DNA from: a virus | DNA: 64,000 nucleotides | Reading direction: 5' to 3' (one strand) | IMG/VR virus record: IMGVR_UViG_3300031977_002889 | Shown: piece after piece, positions 1 to 9,479 of the stretch | Layout of the letters: every line of letters starts with the position of its first letter | Position numbering within the stretch: the first letter of the stretch is position 1 | Translations under genes and position numbers: made by a program | Notes under the pieces: model-generated | The model's input: the letters and a program-made list of their open reading frames with translations, nothing else | Databases searched by the model: none | What the model was told of the DNA's origin: nothing

Positions 1-171
1 TCGACCTTGTTTATGTAGAATATGACAAGATTGATATAATTTATTATCTTTACGTGAGGCTACACCGATGCGAGTTAGTGTTTCTCTTACTTTAAGAAAA
101 TCATCTGGCTCGTTGAGTGTGACTTCTAACATAGAAGCAGGTGTCCACTCGACTATATTATTTTCTTCCAC
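1..171 (-). CDS. regA: RegA translational repressor (5' part; runs off window)
   Basis: Hand translation from GTG at 171: (M)EENNIVEWTPASMLEVTLNEPDDFLKVRETLTRIGVASRKDNKLYQSCHILHKQGR, the RegA N-terminal signature; follows gp62 as in T4. Confidence 0.93.
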   Translation of the reverse strand, partial: MEENNIVEWTPASMLEVTLNEPDDFLKVRETLTRIGVASRKDNKLYQSCHILHKQGR

Positions 172-547
172 CTTTATAAACCTTCTTTTTCAATATATTT
201 AGTTGTTCTTTTGTAAGAAGGGACAAGGCTTGTTTAGCTTTTTCATCATTATATCCATAATATTCCTTGACTACTTCCACATCACTTACGATCTCGGGTT
301 TATTCCATTTTGAGAATCGTTTCTTTTTTCTAACTATATTTATAAGAAAATCGTTTTGTAACTTATTGTCAAGGTGGTGGTTTCGATTCATCTCATTTGC
401 TATTAATACAGTATCAGCAAAATAAGAGAGTCCACGATTAACCATAAAAGAATTATATTGATTTTCACTTATGTCATCAACTATGATATTATTTTTACCA
501 TAGTTAATTTCTTGTAAAAAATCGAAAGGACTACGAGAATTCGACAT
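158..547 (-). CDS. gp62: Clamp loader small subunit (T4 gp62-like)
   Basis: YNSFMVNRGLSYF..D, RKKKRFSKW and VKEYYGYN..KA motifs; sits between gp44 and regA. Confidence 0.9.
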   Translation of the reverse strand: MSNSRSPFDFLQEINYGKNNIIVDDISENQYNSFMVNRGLSYFADTVLIANEMNRNHHLDNKLQNDFLINIVRKKKRFSKWNKPEIVSDVEVVKEYYGYNDEKAKQALSLLTKEQLNILKKKVYKGGRK

Positions 548-1454
548 TAGCCATAATCTCTGTTAAACATGCAACAATATTCAATTCATGATCAGCAACG
601 AAAGCATTCTTATATTGATAATCTGCCAATATGAGAACGAGTTGAGGAATTGATTGTGGATTTAGTTGATCATACATACGATCATAAATGCCTCTAAATA
701 TAGCAGACGAATCTGTGTCTACATTATTGGCTACCCACTGTCTCATCTTTTTGAAATCTTTAGTCTTAAGATATTTAAATAAATCATCAAAAGAATGACT
801 AGAAGCAGTTGTCGTAATAGATCCTACGACACTATATTTTTGTAGTTCGTTTAAGATACGTCTCCAATCTGGAGCAAACTTCATGATAAGATCTACGACT
901 GCTTGTTGTTCATAACTTACACCTTCACGTTCTAAAATAACTTTAGCCCGTTTCATAAACTCAGCACATAAAGGCTGTAAGTCTTTTTTACTTGTATTAA
1001 ATTCAAATACAGCGCATCTTGAATGCAATGGTTCAATAATACGATTTTTAAAATTACAAGTAAGAATAAATCTACAATTACTACTAAACTCTTCAATAAA
1101 TCCACGAAGAGCTGGTTGAGTAGATTGCGCATTAAGATAATCAGCTTCATCAAGAATAATAACTTTGTATCCACCTTGTAAAGAAACAGTACTCGCAAAT
1201 TGTTGTAGAGTAGTTCTCAGTGTATCAATATTACCAGATTTTGAAGCGTTGATTAGAATATAATCTAATTCAAGTTGATTACACATGGCCATTGCTGCTG
1301 TGGTTTTACCAAGACCAGCAGTGCCTGTAAATAACATATTTGGCAATTCGCCATTATCAACTATTGCTTGTAGTTGATTTTTAAGAGTCTGTGGCAAAAT
1401 TGTTTCTGCCACAGACTGAGGACGGTATTTTTCAACCCACAAAAATTCATTCAT
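531..1454 (-). CDS. gp44: Clamp loader AAA+ subunit (T4 gp44 / RFC-like)
   Basis: LWVEKYRP, Walker A GTAGLGKTT, Walker B ILDEAD, SRC motif. Confidence 0.96.
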   Translation of the reverse strand: MNEFLWVEKYRPQSVAETILPQTLKNQLQAIVDNGELPNMLFTGTAGLGKTTAAMAMCNQLELDYILINASKSGNIDTLRTTLQQFASTVSLQGGYKVIILDEADYLNAQSTQPALRGFIEEFSSNCRFILTCNFKNRIIEPLHSRCAVFEFNTSKKDLQPLCAEFMKRAKVILEREGVSYEQQAVVDLIMKFAPDWRRILNELQKYSVVGSITTTASSHSFDDLFKYLKTKDFKKMRQWVANNVDTDSSAIFRGIYDRMYDQLNPQSIPQLVLILADYQYKNAFVADHELNIVACLTEIMANVEFS

Positions 1455-1474
1455 TTACATTCTCCATTACAAAA

Positions 1475-1503
1475 ATTATATCACAGTTAGTCAAGAATGT
1501 AAA
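1475..1503 (-). promoter_or_regulatory. Sigma70-type early promoter for gp44
   Basis: Minus strand TTTACA-N17-TATAAT with TG at the extended -10 position. Confidence 0.7.
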
Positions 1504-1758
1504 TTATTTTTCTTCATCTCCAGTTTCCATTGCTTCTTCTTGCTCAATTTGCTCAGAAGTCTGAATAATGAAAATACATTGATCACGAAGTTGACCAATA
1601 GTGGAGAGTTCTTCTCCTTTAAAAGCGCCACGTTGTGTCATAGCGTCGATGACTGCCACCGTACTACGGCTCGCTTTGTTTGCATTGTCGCGCAGCTGTG
1701 CGTAAAGTTCTTTAGAACCCATATTATACTCCATATGTTGAGGATTTTTCGAGTGCAA
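1504..1758 (-). CDS. Small hypothetical protein (true start probably a downstream ATG)
   Basis: ORF between gp45 and gp44 with an acidic C-terminus. Confidence 0.6.
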   Translation of the reverse strand: MHSKNPQHMEYNMGSKELYAQLRDNANKASRSTVAVIDAMTQRGAFKGEELSTIGQLRDQCIFIIQTSEQIEQEEAMETGDEEK

Positions 1759-2401
1759 TCCAATATTGAACGTTCATTTCTTTATGTTTAAACTCAGAAA
1801 TAAGTTTAGATGAGATACCTACCGTATAATCACCAGGTAGGATTTTTAGATTATTAATGCTTACAATAAAATTAAATGTAGCATCAGGTGGAAACTCGCC
1901 ATCTACATCGATCGAAAAAGCATTTGATGTTGAGTTTTTGCTATCAACTACTGATAAGCTTAGTACACCATTATTATTTGTAATGGATACTTCACCATGT
2001 CCAAGAGTTGAAGCTGCGCGCTTTAGTTTATTAAGTGTTTCATTAGTTAACTCAAACGTCACATCAGTGGCAGGCATTGTTACATCCTTGCCTGGGGCAG
2101 TCAATGTTTCTTCAGCTGAATAGAAATATTTGACTTTAGATCTACCAGTGGAATCTGCCACGATTACATAATCATCCTCAAATTTAAGTTGAGGAGTATC
2201 TACGAGACCGAGAACACCAATAAATTCATTGAGATCATAGACACCAAAATCTTTTGGAAAGTCTTCATTTACAGAAGCACGAGCAAATACATTACGTGCC
2301 TCACTAATTGTTTTGATTGTTCTGCCTTGTCGAATAATGATATTAGGATTAATACCAGAAAAATTCTTTAGTACACTTAGAGTATTTTCATTCAATTCCA
2401 T
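1724..2401 (-). CDS. gp45: Sliding clamp (T4 gp45-like)
   Basis: MELNENTLSVLKNFSGIN, FGVYDLNEF and YWIALE motifs; synteny. Confidence 0.95.
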   Translation of the reverse strand: MELNENTLSVLKNFSGINPNIIIRQGRTIKTISEARNVFARASVNEDFPKDFGVYDLNEFIGVLGLVDTPQLKFEDDYVIVADSTGRSKVKYFYSAEETLTAPGKDVTMPATDVTFELTNETLNKLKRAASTLGHGEVSITNNNGVLSLSVVDSKNSTSNAFSIDVDGEFPPDATFNFIVSINNLKILPGDYTVGISSKLISEFKHKEMNVQYWIALEKSSTYGV

Positions 2402-2427
2402 TATATAACTCCATTAGAATATAGATT

Positions 2428-2456
2428 ATTATACCACATTTTTACCATTTTGTAAA
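2428..2456 (-). promoter_or_regulatory. Sigma70-type early promoter for gp45
   Basis: TTTACA-N17-TATAAT (GGTTTACA...TGTGGTATAAT). Confidence 0.75.
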
Positions 2457-2459
2457 CCA

Positions 2460-4178
2460 TCATGCTGCCATCTTACTAAAATTCTTTTCCTTTTTAAACT
2501 CAATTTTAGATTCAAATTTGCCATCAAGTATATCACCTTTATGAGATATAACAAATACGTTAGTATCGTCAGAAAGCGTATGTAATATTTTCAACAAGTT
2601 TTCTACTCCATCATGATCAAGACTAGAATCAAACGTTTCATCTAGTATCAATAAATTAGTAGCCACAGAATTTTTCATCTTTGCTATATGTCTCCATGTA
2701 AATAGCAATGAAAGATCGATTCTTTGTTTTTCACCTTCACTAAACGAATCATATGTAAATTCATCTCTATGACGAGATCGAATAGTTTCTTTAAATTCTT
2801 CGTCTAAATCAAAGTGAACAAAGAAATCGAGAACCTGTAGGTACTGATTAACGAGTTTATTTATAACTGGTAAATACTGTTTAATAATTTTAGTTTTAAT
2901 TCCAGTATCTTTGAGCATTTCACTCATGACCATATTATAATTTAATCTATCTTTATAAGATAATTTTTTATCAAGTAAATTATCTTTAAGATCTTTTAAA
3001 TTTTCGAGATCTGTTTTTGATTTAGCTACATCACCATCATTGCTGCGTATTTGTGATATGGAAGAGGTGAGACCTTTAATCTGTCCTTGCAACCGTACGA
3101 TTTCTCTATTGTTGCCAGATATAAGTGAGGTTTTTTCTCTGATCGCATTAGCTGCGGAGTTAAGCCGTTCAATAGTTGATTCCACAATAGACGACTCGCT
3201 AGAGACATCGTCCAACGCTTTTTGTATCTCTGATGCTTTAGTTTTGGCGGTGGAGAGTTTCTCAGATCGCAAATCCTCGTCAATATCTTGGGAACATGTT
3301 GGGCATGTATCATTTTGTTCATAAAATTTCGAGTCTTTGACGAGCGCTGAAATTTTTTGATTGAATTCAGCTTTATACTGTAAGAGAGCTTGTTTTTTAT
3401 CGTGATTTTTCTTGAGGCCTTCCTCCAGCCCAATCGATAATTTTTCGATTTCTTCGGACGTATTGACATTTTCCAACTGTAGGTTTTCGATGGAATCTTC
3501 TGCGAGAAAGATTTGTGTTTCTTTTTCTTCAATCTGATCATTGCTTAAAGCTTCTACTTCTTTAATATATTTACGTTGAAGATCAATCTTTTCTTTTGTA
3601 ATTTCTAAATCATAATCTGTAGATTTAAGATCTTCTTTTAACTTACTAGTTTTTTCTTTTAGAAGTGTATTCATTTTTGAAAACACATTTATGTCCAAAA
3701 GATCCTCGATAACATCTCTTCGGTGCCAACCTGCAAGCTGCATGAAAGGAATGAAAGATGAGGAGCCAAGTACTACCACCTGATGAAAACTCTTATGATT
3801 GAGTTTCAAGATGTTTTGTTCGAGGATCTTTTGGTACTCTTTGGCGTGTGATGATTGATTAATCATTTTATCATTACGCCAAATTTCAAATACGTTTGGT
3901 TTAATACCACGTACAATTTTATAATAAGTAGAACCAATACTAAATTCTACTTCAACAATGCACGATTTTTGATTAATAGAATTTACAAGTTGAGGTTTAT
4001 TAATATTACGATGTGGTTTTCCAAACAAGCCAAAAGAGATGGCATCTAATATTGTAGATTTTCCAGCTCCATTTTGACCAACAACTAATGTTGATTTGGT
4101 ATTATTCAAATCGATTTCTGTAAAAGAATTTCCAGTAGATAAGAAATTTTTCCAACGTACTTTCTTAAATAAAATCAT
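2460..4178 (-). CDS. gp46: Recombination endonuclease ATPase subunit (Rad50/SbcC-like)
   Basis: Walker A GQNGAGKST, zinc hook CPTC, FSEGEKQRIDL signature, LILDE, ISH. Confidence 0.96.
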   Translation of the reverse strand: MILFKKVRWKNFLSTGNSFTEIDLNNTKSTLVVGQNGAGKSTILDAISFGLFGKPHRNINKPQLVNSINQKSCIVEVEFSIGSTYYKIVRGIKPNVFEIWRNDKMINQSSHAKEYQKILEQNILKLNHKSFHQVVVLGSSSFIPFMQLAGWHRRDVIEDLLDINVFSKMNTLLKEKTSKLKEDLKSTDYDLEITKEKIDLQRKYIKEVEALSNDQIEEKETQIFLAEDSIENLQLENVNTSEEIEKLSIGLEEGLKKNHDKKQALLQYKAEFNQKISALVKDSKFYEQNDTCPTCSQDIDEDLRSEKLSTAKTKASEIQKALDDVSSESSIVESTIERLNSAANAIREKTSLISGNNREIVRLQGQIKGLTSSISQIRSNDGDVAKSKTDLENLKDLKDNLLDKKLSYKDRLNYNMVMSEMLKDTGIKTKIIKQYLPVINKLVNQYLQVLDFFVHFDLDEEFKETIRSRHRDEFTYDSFSEGEKQRIDLSLLFTWRHIAKMKNSVATNLLILDETFDSSLDHDGVENLLKILHTLSDDTNVFVISHKGDILDGKFESKIEFKKEKNFSKMAA

Positions 4179-5236
4179 GCTATTTCTAGTGCCTGTGCTT
4201 CTGTCATTAGTTCGCGCATTTGGACTTTGATTTTGTCTTTATCCAATTCAGTATCAACACCATCAATATAGTCATCTACTAATTCTGCAGTATCATCAAC
4301 ACGCAAACCTTCATCATCTACATTATCACCAACAAACTCACTGAAATTTTCAGAGATTTTTAATTCGTGAATATTCCTATTCTGTATTCTATCAACAAAT
4401 CGATCAAAAGTAAACCCATCATTTTTATTAATCACAGTGATTTTTACAAACTTTTCATCAAGATAAGATACATCAAAATCTTCATAGTTTTGTTTTTCAT
4501 CATCATAATAGATACGTTCAAATAAAGTATAAGGATTATGTATACGTGTTATCTCACGAGTTTCAGTATCAATAATATGGAAATATTTTTTATCACCAGC
4601 ATCTGACCAGAAAAATTCCATTTGTGATCCTAAATACCAAATATTATCTCGCTTAGAACCTACATGAAAGTGACCAGTTAAAACTTGTTCAAATTTACTA
4701 AATAGACTTGCATCCATACCATGTGTATTTTTTACACCCCTCATCATTTCAAATCCATTAAGTTCTAAATGACCTCCAAGCCAATCAGCTTCACAATTAG
4801 CCACAAACTTCATAGATTTTTCATAATTATCTTGACAAATCCAAGGAAGTAAAGCAAGTTTAAGAGATCCATATTCCATCACAGTAGGTTCCATAATAAT
4901 ATGGATTTCATTCATATAATGGCCAAGGCATTCTTTTAATGCATTTAACTCGTTTGTATTTTTATAAAACGTATCATGATTGCCAGGAATAATATCCATT
5001 GACATGCCACGTTTTCTCAATTCATCTAAGAAGTGTTTACGATTGTGATTGAGAGCTTTGAAATTAACAAACTTGCGATGATCATAGTAATCACCCAAGT
5101 GAACGATTTGCTTAATATTATGTTTATCACATTCTGGAAAGAAAATATTTTCATAAAAGTCTTGAGCATTTTTTAAAAATATTTCTGATGAATTACGAAT
5201 TCCAGCATGAGTATCATTTAATACTGCTATCTTCAT
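4175..5236 (-). CDS. gp47: Recombination nuclease subunit (Mre11/SbcD-like)
   Basis: DTH, GDYYD, GNHD and GHFH metallophosphoesterase motifs. Confidence 0.95.
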   Translation of the reverse strand: MKIAVLNDTHAGIRNSSEIFLKNAQDFYENIFFPECDKHNIKQIVHLGDYYDHRKFVNFKALNHNRKHFLDELRKRGMSMDIIPGNHDTFYKNTNELNALKECLGHYMNEIHIIMEPTVMEYGSLKLALLPWICQDNYEKSMKFVANCEADWLGGHLELNGFEMMRGVKNTHGMDASLFSKFEQVLTGHFHVGSKRDNIWYLGSQMEFFWSDAGDKKYFHIIDTETREITRIHNPYTLFERIYYDDEKQNYEDFDVSYLDEKFVKITVINKNDGFTFDRFVDRIQNRNIHELKISENFSEFVGDNVDDEGLRVDDTAELVDDYIDGVDTELDKDKIKVQMRELMTEAQALEIA

Positions 5237-5807
5237 CTACAATATTCCAATAACTTAACCAACCAGTGGTTATATATTTATGTTCATTCGGAGCAGTAAT
5301 ACCTCTATGAGTATGTGTCCAATCTGCTGGCCAAATAACTGTTAATCCTCTTTCAGGTTTGATTTTTAGATTTTGATATAGCCATGATGTTTCTCCACCA
5401 TTTTCTACATCATTAAGATATGTCATAAAAGCTAAGAGTCTTGTATTTGCTATTCCTACTCCAGCTCTTTCAGAATGCCACGCGTGATATCCTTGTTTAG
5501 GAGCATAGTGTTGAATATTAATATATTCTTGTATACCAAATTGATTTTGTTCTTTTAAAACTTCAAATTCATTTACATATTCAGTTACTAATGGATTTAG
5601 TATTTCGTAATAATATTCTTCACCTAACTCTTGTGGCATTTCAACATCTGTACTATCTTTCCATTCTTTATTAACAGAACCTCCAGCTCTACCTTCAAAA
5701 GTATTATCACTAGTATTAATAAAATCAATACATTTATCTAATATTTCATGATCTAAATAATAACCTCGTATAAACGGATTTTGAGTATTTATTAAATGTT
5801 TTTTCAT
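5214..5807 (-). CDS. 2OG-Fe(II) oxygenase (prolyl-4-hydroxylase-like)
   Basis: WHSE...YLNDV..GGET...WTHTHRG...KYITTGW. Confidence 0.88.
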   Translation of the reverse strand: MKKHLINTQNPFIRGYYLDHEILDKCIDFINTSDNTFEGRAGGSVNKEWKDSTDVEMPQELGEEYYYEILNPLVTEYVNEFEVLKEQNQFGIQEYINIQHYAPKQGYHAWHSERAGVGIANTRLLAFMTYLNDVENGGETSWLYQNLKIKPERGLTVIWPADWTHTHRGITAPNEHKYITTGWLSYWNIVDEDSSIK

Positions 5808-6394
5808 TACATAAAATCACTTAAATCCGAGTCTGCCGATTTTGTTTGACGTTTAATCTTTTTCTTCTCTTCTTTGACAAAGTCTTTAACTTCTGCATCA
5901 GCCGCTCGAACTTTATCGATACGGTCACGCAACGTATCCACAAATGCTCCAGCCACATGCGCTGCTATATCCTCACCACCAACATCAATAAAATTCTCAA
6001 CCCCTGAACGAGTAAGATATTTAATTTTGATGTCTTGTTGTTTCTTTTCTTTTGCGATTCTTCGTAAAAAGGCATACCATGAGATTTGCGTAAAATAAGC
6101 AAAAGCATTTGGTTTACCTGTACGTGTGGCAGCTTCAATATCATAGTTATTGATAGCTTTCAAACAATTTTCTACAGCATCCATTACCATTTCTTCACGA
6201 TAAGTATAACGAATAAAATTTGATTTGTGAGACAAACCTTCAGCGATTCTTAGAAAACACTGAGCAATATAATCTGGTACAAGTGGAATTTTGTCTTGTT
6301 TCTTTTTAGCTTCATTAACTACTGTTACATAGTCTACCACAGCCTGAGAAAAATCAGCATTATTTACATAGTGTATGCTTTTTCTTTTTGCCAT
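5807..6394 (-). CDS. gp55: Late-transcription sigma factor
   Basis: HYVNN..F, NF..YTYREEMVMDAVENCL, NAFAYFTQI..YAFLRRI.KEKKQ. Confidence 0.95.
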   Translation of the reverse strand: MAKRKSIHYVNNADFSQAVVDYVTVVNEAKKKQDKIPLVPDYIAQCFLRIAEGLSHKSNFIRYTYREEMVMDAVENCLKAINNYDIEAATRTGKPNAFAYFTQISWYAFLRRIAKEKKQQDIKIKYLTRSGVENFIDVGGEDIAAHVAGAFVDTLRDRIDKVRAADAEVKDFVKEEKKKIKRQTKSADSDLSDFM

Positions 6395-6417
6395 AATATA
6401 ACTCCATTAATAATAAT

Positions 6418-6446
6418 ATTCTATCAAAAAAATAAAGAAATGTACA
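6418..6446 (-). promoter_or_regulatory. Early promoter for gp55
   Basis: TGTACA-N17-TAGAAT; the same architecture recurs at 47452, 48866 and 55596. Confidence 0.7.
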
Positions 6447-6482
6447 TATAATTTTTTTAGTTTAAGAGGAAAAAATAGGGGG

Positions 6483-6549
6483 TTTACAAGTGATAAAAAC
6501 TATGGTAGAATTAACTGTAGTTAGGAGGGAGGAGAGGATACCCTTCTAA
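6483..6549 (+). ncRNA. Antisense-oriented promoter plus purine-loop hairpin, copy 1 (putative small RNA)
   Basis: TTTACA-N17-TAGAAT, then TAACTGTAG and hairpin TTAGGAGGG/CCCTTCTAA with loop AGGAGAGGATA; second copy at 55660-55723. Confidence 0.55.
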
Positions 6550-7007
6550 TGGAGCGTCGTTTTACCAGTTGGAAATTTAATCACATTATTATCAGAATCT
6601 GGACTATTCATACTGTCTAAAAAATTATCGAAATCTTCATCTGTAATATCATCCATATCCATACCCATTTTTTCAGCGAGTTGATCGAATGAAAAATCTT
6701 GTCTATTTTTTTCGTGTTTCATACCTAATACACTTCGTGCATAGTGCGATAGCATACTGGCACTTGGATTTGATTCAGCAATTACTTGATTTGAATTTAA
6801 AATATGTAATTCACTTGGATCATCAACAAAAGAAAACCATGGACGAAAAGCATAAAATCTTACACCTCGTTGAAAATCTTCGACCACCATAATTTTCATA
6901 CAAGATCTTACAACAAGACCAGCATCTCCTGATTCTGCAGAAACTACTTCACAAATTACTTCGTCATCATTGGTCATTTTAAATTGTTTGATTGTTGGTT
7001 CGTTCAT
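6546..7007 (-). CDS. Hypothetical protein downstream of uvsW
   Basis: 153 aa ORF coupled to uvsW; N-terminal FKMTNDDEVICEV, C-terminal NVIKFP...TLH. Confidence 0.75.
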   Translation of the reverse strand: MNEPTIKQFKMTNDDEVICEVVSAESGDAGLVVRSCMKIMVVEDFQRGVRFYAFRPWFSFVDDPSELHILNSNQVIAESNPSASMLSHYARSVLGMKHEKNRQDFSFDQLAEKMGMDMDDITDEDFDNFLDSMNSPDSDNNVIKFPTGKTTLH

Positions 7008-8482
7008 AAATCCACCGTATGAGTTTTATATTTAAATTTTTCTTTTTGGTAAATCTTAAGACGTTCTTCACCATGTGAATAAGCAAAATTCTTACCTGTA
7101 ATATTATCTATAATATCATACAATTTAGTTATTGATCCGTCTTCGCTTTGTCTGAGTCCTCTACCGATAGATTGTAAAACACGTATCTGGGATTTTGACG
7201 GACTAGCAAATACGATATTATGCAAATTCCGAATATTAATACCAGTACTAAAGGTACCAAGACTTGCAACAATAATAGCGCCATGTTGTTTCTCCACTAT
7301 TTTACGAATTGCTTCTCTATCTTCGGTGTGTGTCTGTCCAGATACAAAAAATATTTTTCTGTCTTCAGCTGCTTTATCTTTAATTAAATTGAAGAGTGGT
7401 TTTCCATGATTTTCCACAAGGTTGTATAAGACGAGAGTATTGCCCACAGAAGCCAAAGCCAAGTTACGAATAAAACGATTACGTAAATCATGCTTGACAA
7501 TCCAATCGATTTCTTCTTGATAAGTCCTTTTACCAAAATCAGAAGTGTCTTTATATTTGATTTCCAACCTGTCAATGTTGAGGTCTGCGAGGGTTTTTTC
7601 GTCTTGGAGGTTTCTTGTGGTAGTGACGCGGTGTATCTTACCAAAAAGTCCCTGAAGGACGAGCTCGTGGGTTTGTGTTCCATCTAATGTTCCTGTTGTA
7701 CCATATCTGAATCCAGCTTCTGTGGCTTTATTCATAATATTCATCAATGATTTAGATTTAAAACCATGACATTCATCACCAATTACCATTCCAAATTGAT
7801 CGAACCATGCTTTTGGCAATTTATAAATTGATTGCCATGTAGATATACAAATCGCAGCATCAAATTTTTTGTCCTTACCACTATATATACGATGTACACC
7901 TTTAGGTCCCTGACCATACTCAATAAGATCATTATGCATTTGCTCAACTAAAGAAGTAGTAGGTACAATAATTAAAACTCTTCCAGCTTTTGGATATGCC
8001 ACTCCATCAGATAACATCTGCAACCAAAACTTAGCGAGTAAATATATAATTAATGATTTACCAGAACCAGTTGGTGATACAAGTATATTTCTTTTATGAT
8101 GTAAGGCATGACATAAAGCATCGAATTGATAATCTCGTATTTTAAATGGTAGACCTAAACCTTCAATCCATTCCATAATAAGCTTAGGATTAATATGTAC
8201 TGTATCGATAGGACCACCGTATCGGGTGGTTTCGGTACCAAGCATATATGCTCGCTGTTTACAAAATTCTTGTAAGTGAAAAAATAAACCAGCAGGCAAT
8301 TCTCCGCTATTAGAATCAAATAGACGAATCTTACCATCCCACATTCTATTTTTAAATGCTGGCATAAATTTATAACCAGGCACATAGAATGAGAAATATT
8401 CTCTCAATTCAGCTGCTATACCACTATTACATTCTACATGTAAATTAGCGTGAGTTAATTTCCTGACTCGAATTGTTTCCAT
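7004..8482 (-). CDS. uvsW: UvsW SF2 DNA/RNA helicase
   Basis: SPTGSGKS, DECH, TGT, STGINI and QSIGRGLR motifs; N-terminal WDGKIRLF. Confidence 0.95.
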   Translation of the reverse strand: METIRVRKLTHANLHVECNSGIAAELREYFSFYVPGYKFMPAFKNRMWDGKIRLFDSNSGELPAGLFFHLQEFCKQRAYMLGTETTRYGGPIDTVHINPKLIMEWIEGLGLPFKIRDYQFDALCHALHHKRNILVSPTGSGKSLIIYLLAKFWLQMLSDGVAYPKAGRVLIIVPTTSLVEQMHNDLIEYGQGPKGVHRIYSGKDKKFDAAICISTWQSIYKLPKAWFDQFGMVIGDECHGFKSKSLMNIMNKATEAGFRYGTTGTLDGTQTHELVLQGLFGKIHRVTTTRNLQDEKTLADLNIDRLEIKYKDTSDFGKRTYQEEIDWIVKHDLRNRFIRNLALASVGNTLVLYNLVENHGKPLFNLIKDKAAEDRKIFFVSGQTHTEDREAIRKIVEKQHGAIIVASLGTFSTGINIRNLHNIVFASPSKSQIRVLQSIGRGLRQSEDGSITKLYDIIDNITGKNFAYSHGEERLKIYQKEKFKYKTHTVDL

Positions 8483-8898
8483 TTAATCATATTACTTATA
8501 GTCTGATGACGCCAATTGAGATTATTTATGATCTCCTGCAATGTCTCAACCATTGTCTTATAGTATTGAATTTTCTCTTCTGATTTTTGTATTTCAGGAT
8601 CTGCATCATAATAGTATTCCATTTCACCCTTTAAGATTTTCATACCATCAAAAGGATCTAATGCCCATCCAGTTTCTTTTATTTCTTCTTCTGTCATCTT
8701 ACCATTATAATATAACCACTTTTGTTTTAGCAAAGTTTTTTGTTTAAACTCTGCACGCTTTAACATTAGTTTTGCTGTGGAAAGATATTCGAGATATTTA
8801 CCATGAAGTATTGGTGTATCTCTTGAGGTTTCATCTAAATGATATTCATCAATAGCATTTTCACTTCGCCATTCAGCGAGAATTTTTTCTAAATCCAT
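8455..8898 (-). CDS. uvsY: UvsY recombination mediator
   Basis: P.LHGKYL, KWLYYNGK and I.N.IKW.QF motifs; sits between gp3 and uvsW. Confidence 0.88.
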   Translation of the reverse strand: MDLEKILAEWRSENAIDEYHLDETSRDTPILHGKYLEYLSTAKLMLKRAEFKQKTLLKQKWLYYNGKMTEEEIKETGWALDPFDGMKILKGEMEYYYDADPEIQKSEEKIQYYKTMVETLQEIINNLNWRHQTISNMIKWKQFESGN

Positions 8899-8906
8899 AA
8901 TATACC

Positions 8907-9407
8907 TTATAATAATTCAAAATAACTAAATCTAAATGATGCTCCAAAAGTAACGAATTCAGTACCACTTGCAGTAGATTGGAATTGCACATCTGTTAAT
9001 GCAACTGGCATACAATCTATATATCTGATTTGTTTTGTCACGTTATTATGACTTGATAATATTGATAATACAATATCTGATACTGTTGGTGGTCTTATTC
9101 CCGCATCTTCTAATCTTGAATTTTCATTATTATCAAGATTAGTTCTCATCCAATTATACATTTCATTGTACGCATCCATATTTTCATCTACAATAATATT
9201 TGCAAGTAATTCATTAAACGTAAGTTTATCACCTACAAATGGAATTGATTGTAGTTTTCGAAACGGTACTTCAACTGCATTCATTATCATACCAGGATGA
9301 GTAAAATCCTGACAGAAAAACTCCAAATTTGGGAAGTTTTTTCTATCAATCGTTATCTTAAACGACGTGGGCTGTAAGTAGTTAATATTTGATGTTAGTT
9401 CTGCCAT
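8907..9407 (-). CDS. gp3: Tail completion / tube terminator protein
   Basis: NYLQPTSFK, EFFCQ...PG, GDKL.F..L...IIVDENM..Y.E...W; follows gp23. Confidence 0.85.
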   Translation of the reverse strand: MAELTSNINYLQPTSFKITIDRKNFPNLEFFCQDFTHPGMIMNAVEVPFRKLQSIPFVGDKLTFNELLANIIVDENMDAYNEMYNWMRTNLDNNENSRLEDAGIRPPTVSDIVLSILSSHNNVTKQIRYIDCMPVALTDVQFQSTASGTEFVTFGASFRFSYFELL

Positions 9408-9412
9408 GATTC

Positions 9413-9420
9413 TATTTATA
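9413..9420 (-). promoter_or_regulatory. T4-type late promoter TATAAATA (gp3)
   Basis: Exact TATAAATA on the minus strand just upstream of gp3. Confidence 0.75.
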
Positions 9421-9431
9421 ACAGTTTACAT

Positions 9432-9457
9432 AAAAAAAGAGGCGCCGAAGCGCCTCT
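9432..9457 (-). terminator. Intrinsic terminator after gp23
   Basis: AGAGGCGC-UUCG-GCGCCUCU followed by a U run; C(UUCG)G tetraloop. Confidence 0.9.
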
Positions 9458-9479
9458 GAGTTGAGATAGAACTTTTTTA

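Noticed and set aside
3026-3541. 171 aa alternative-frame ORF inside gp46
   Set aside because: Lies wholly in the coiled-coil region of gp46; no RBS or recognisable motif; likely a by-product of locally higher GC
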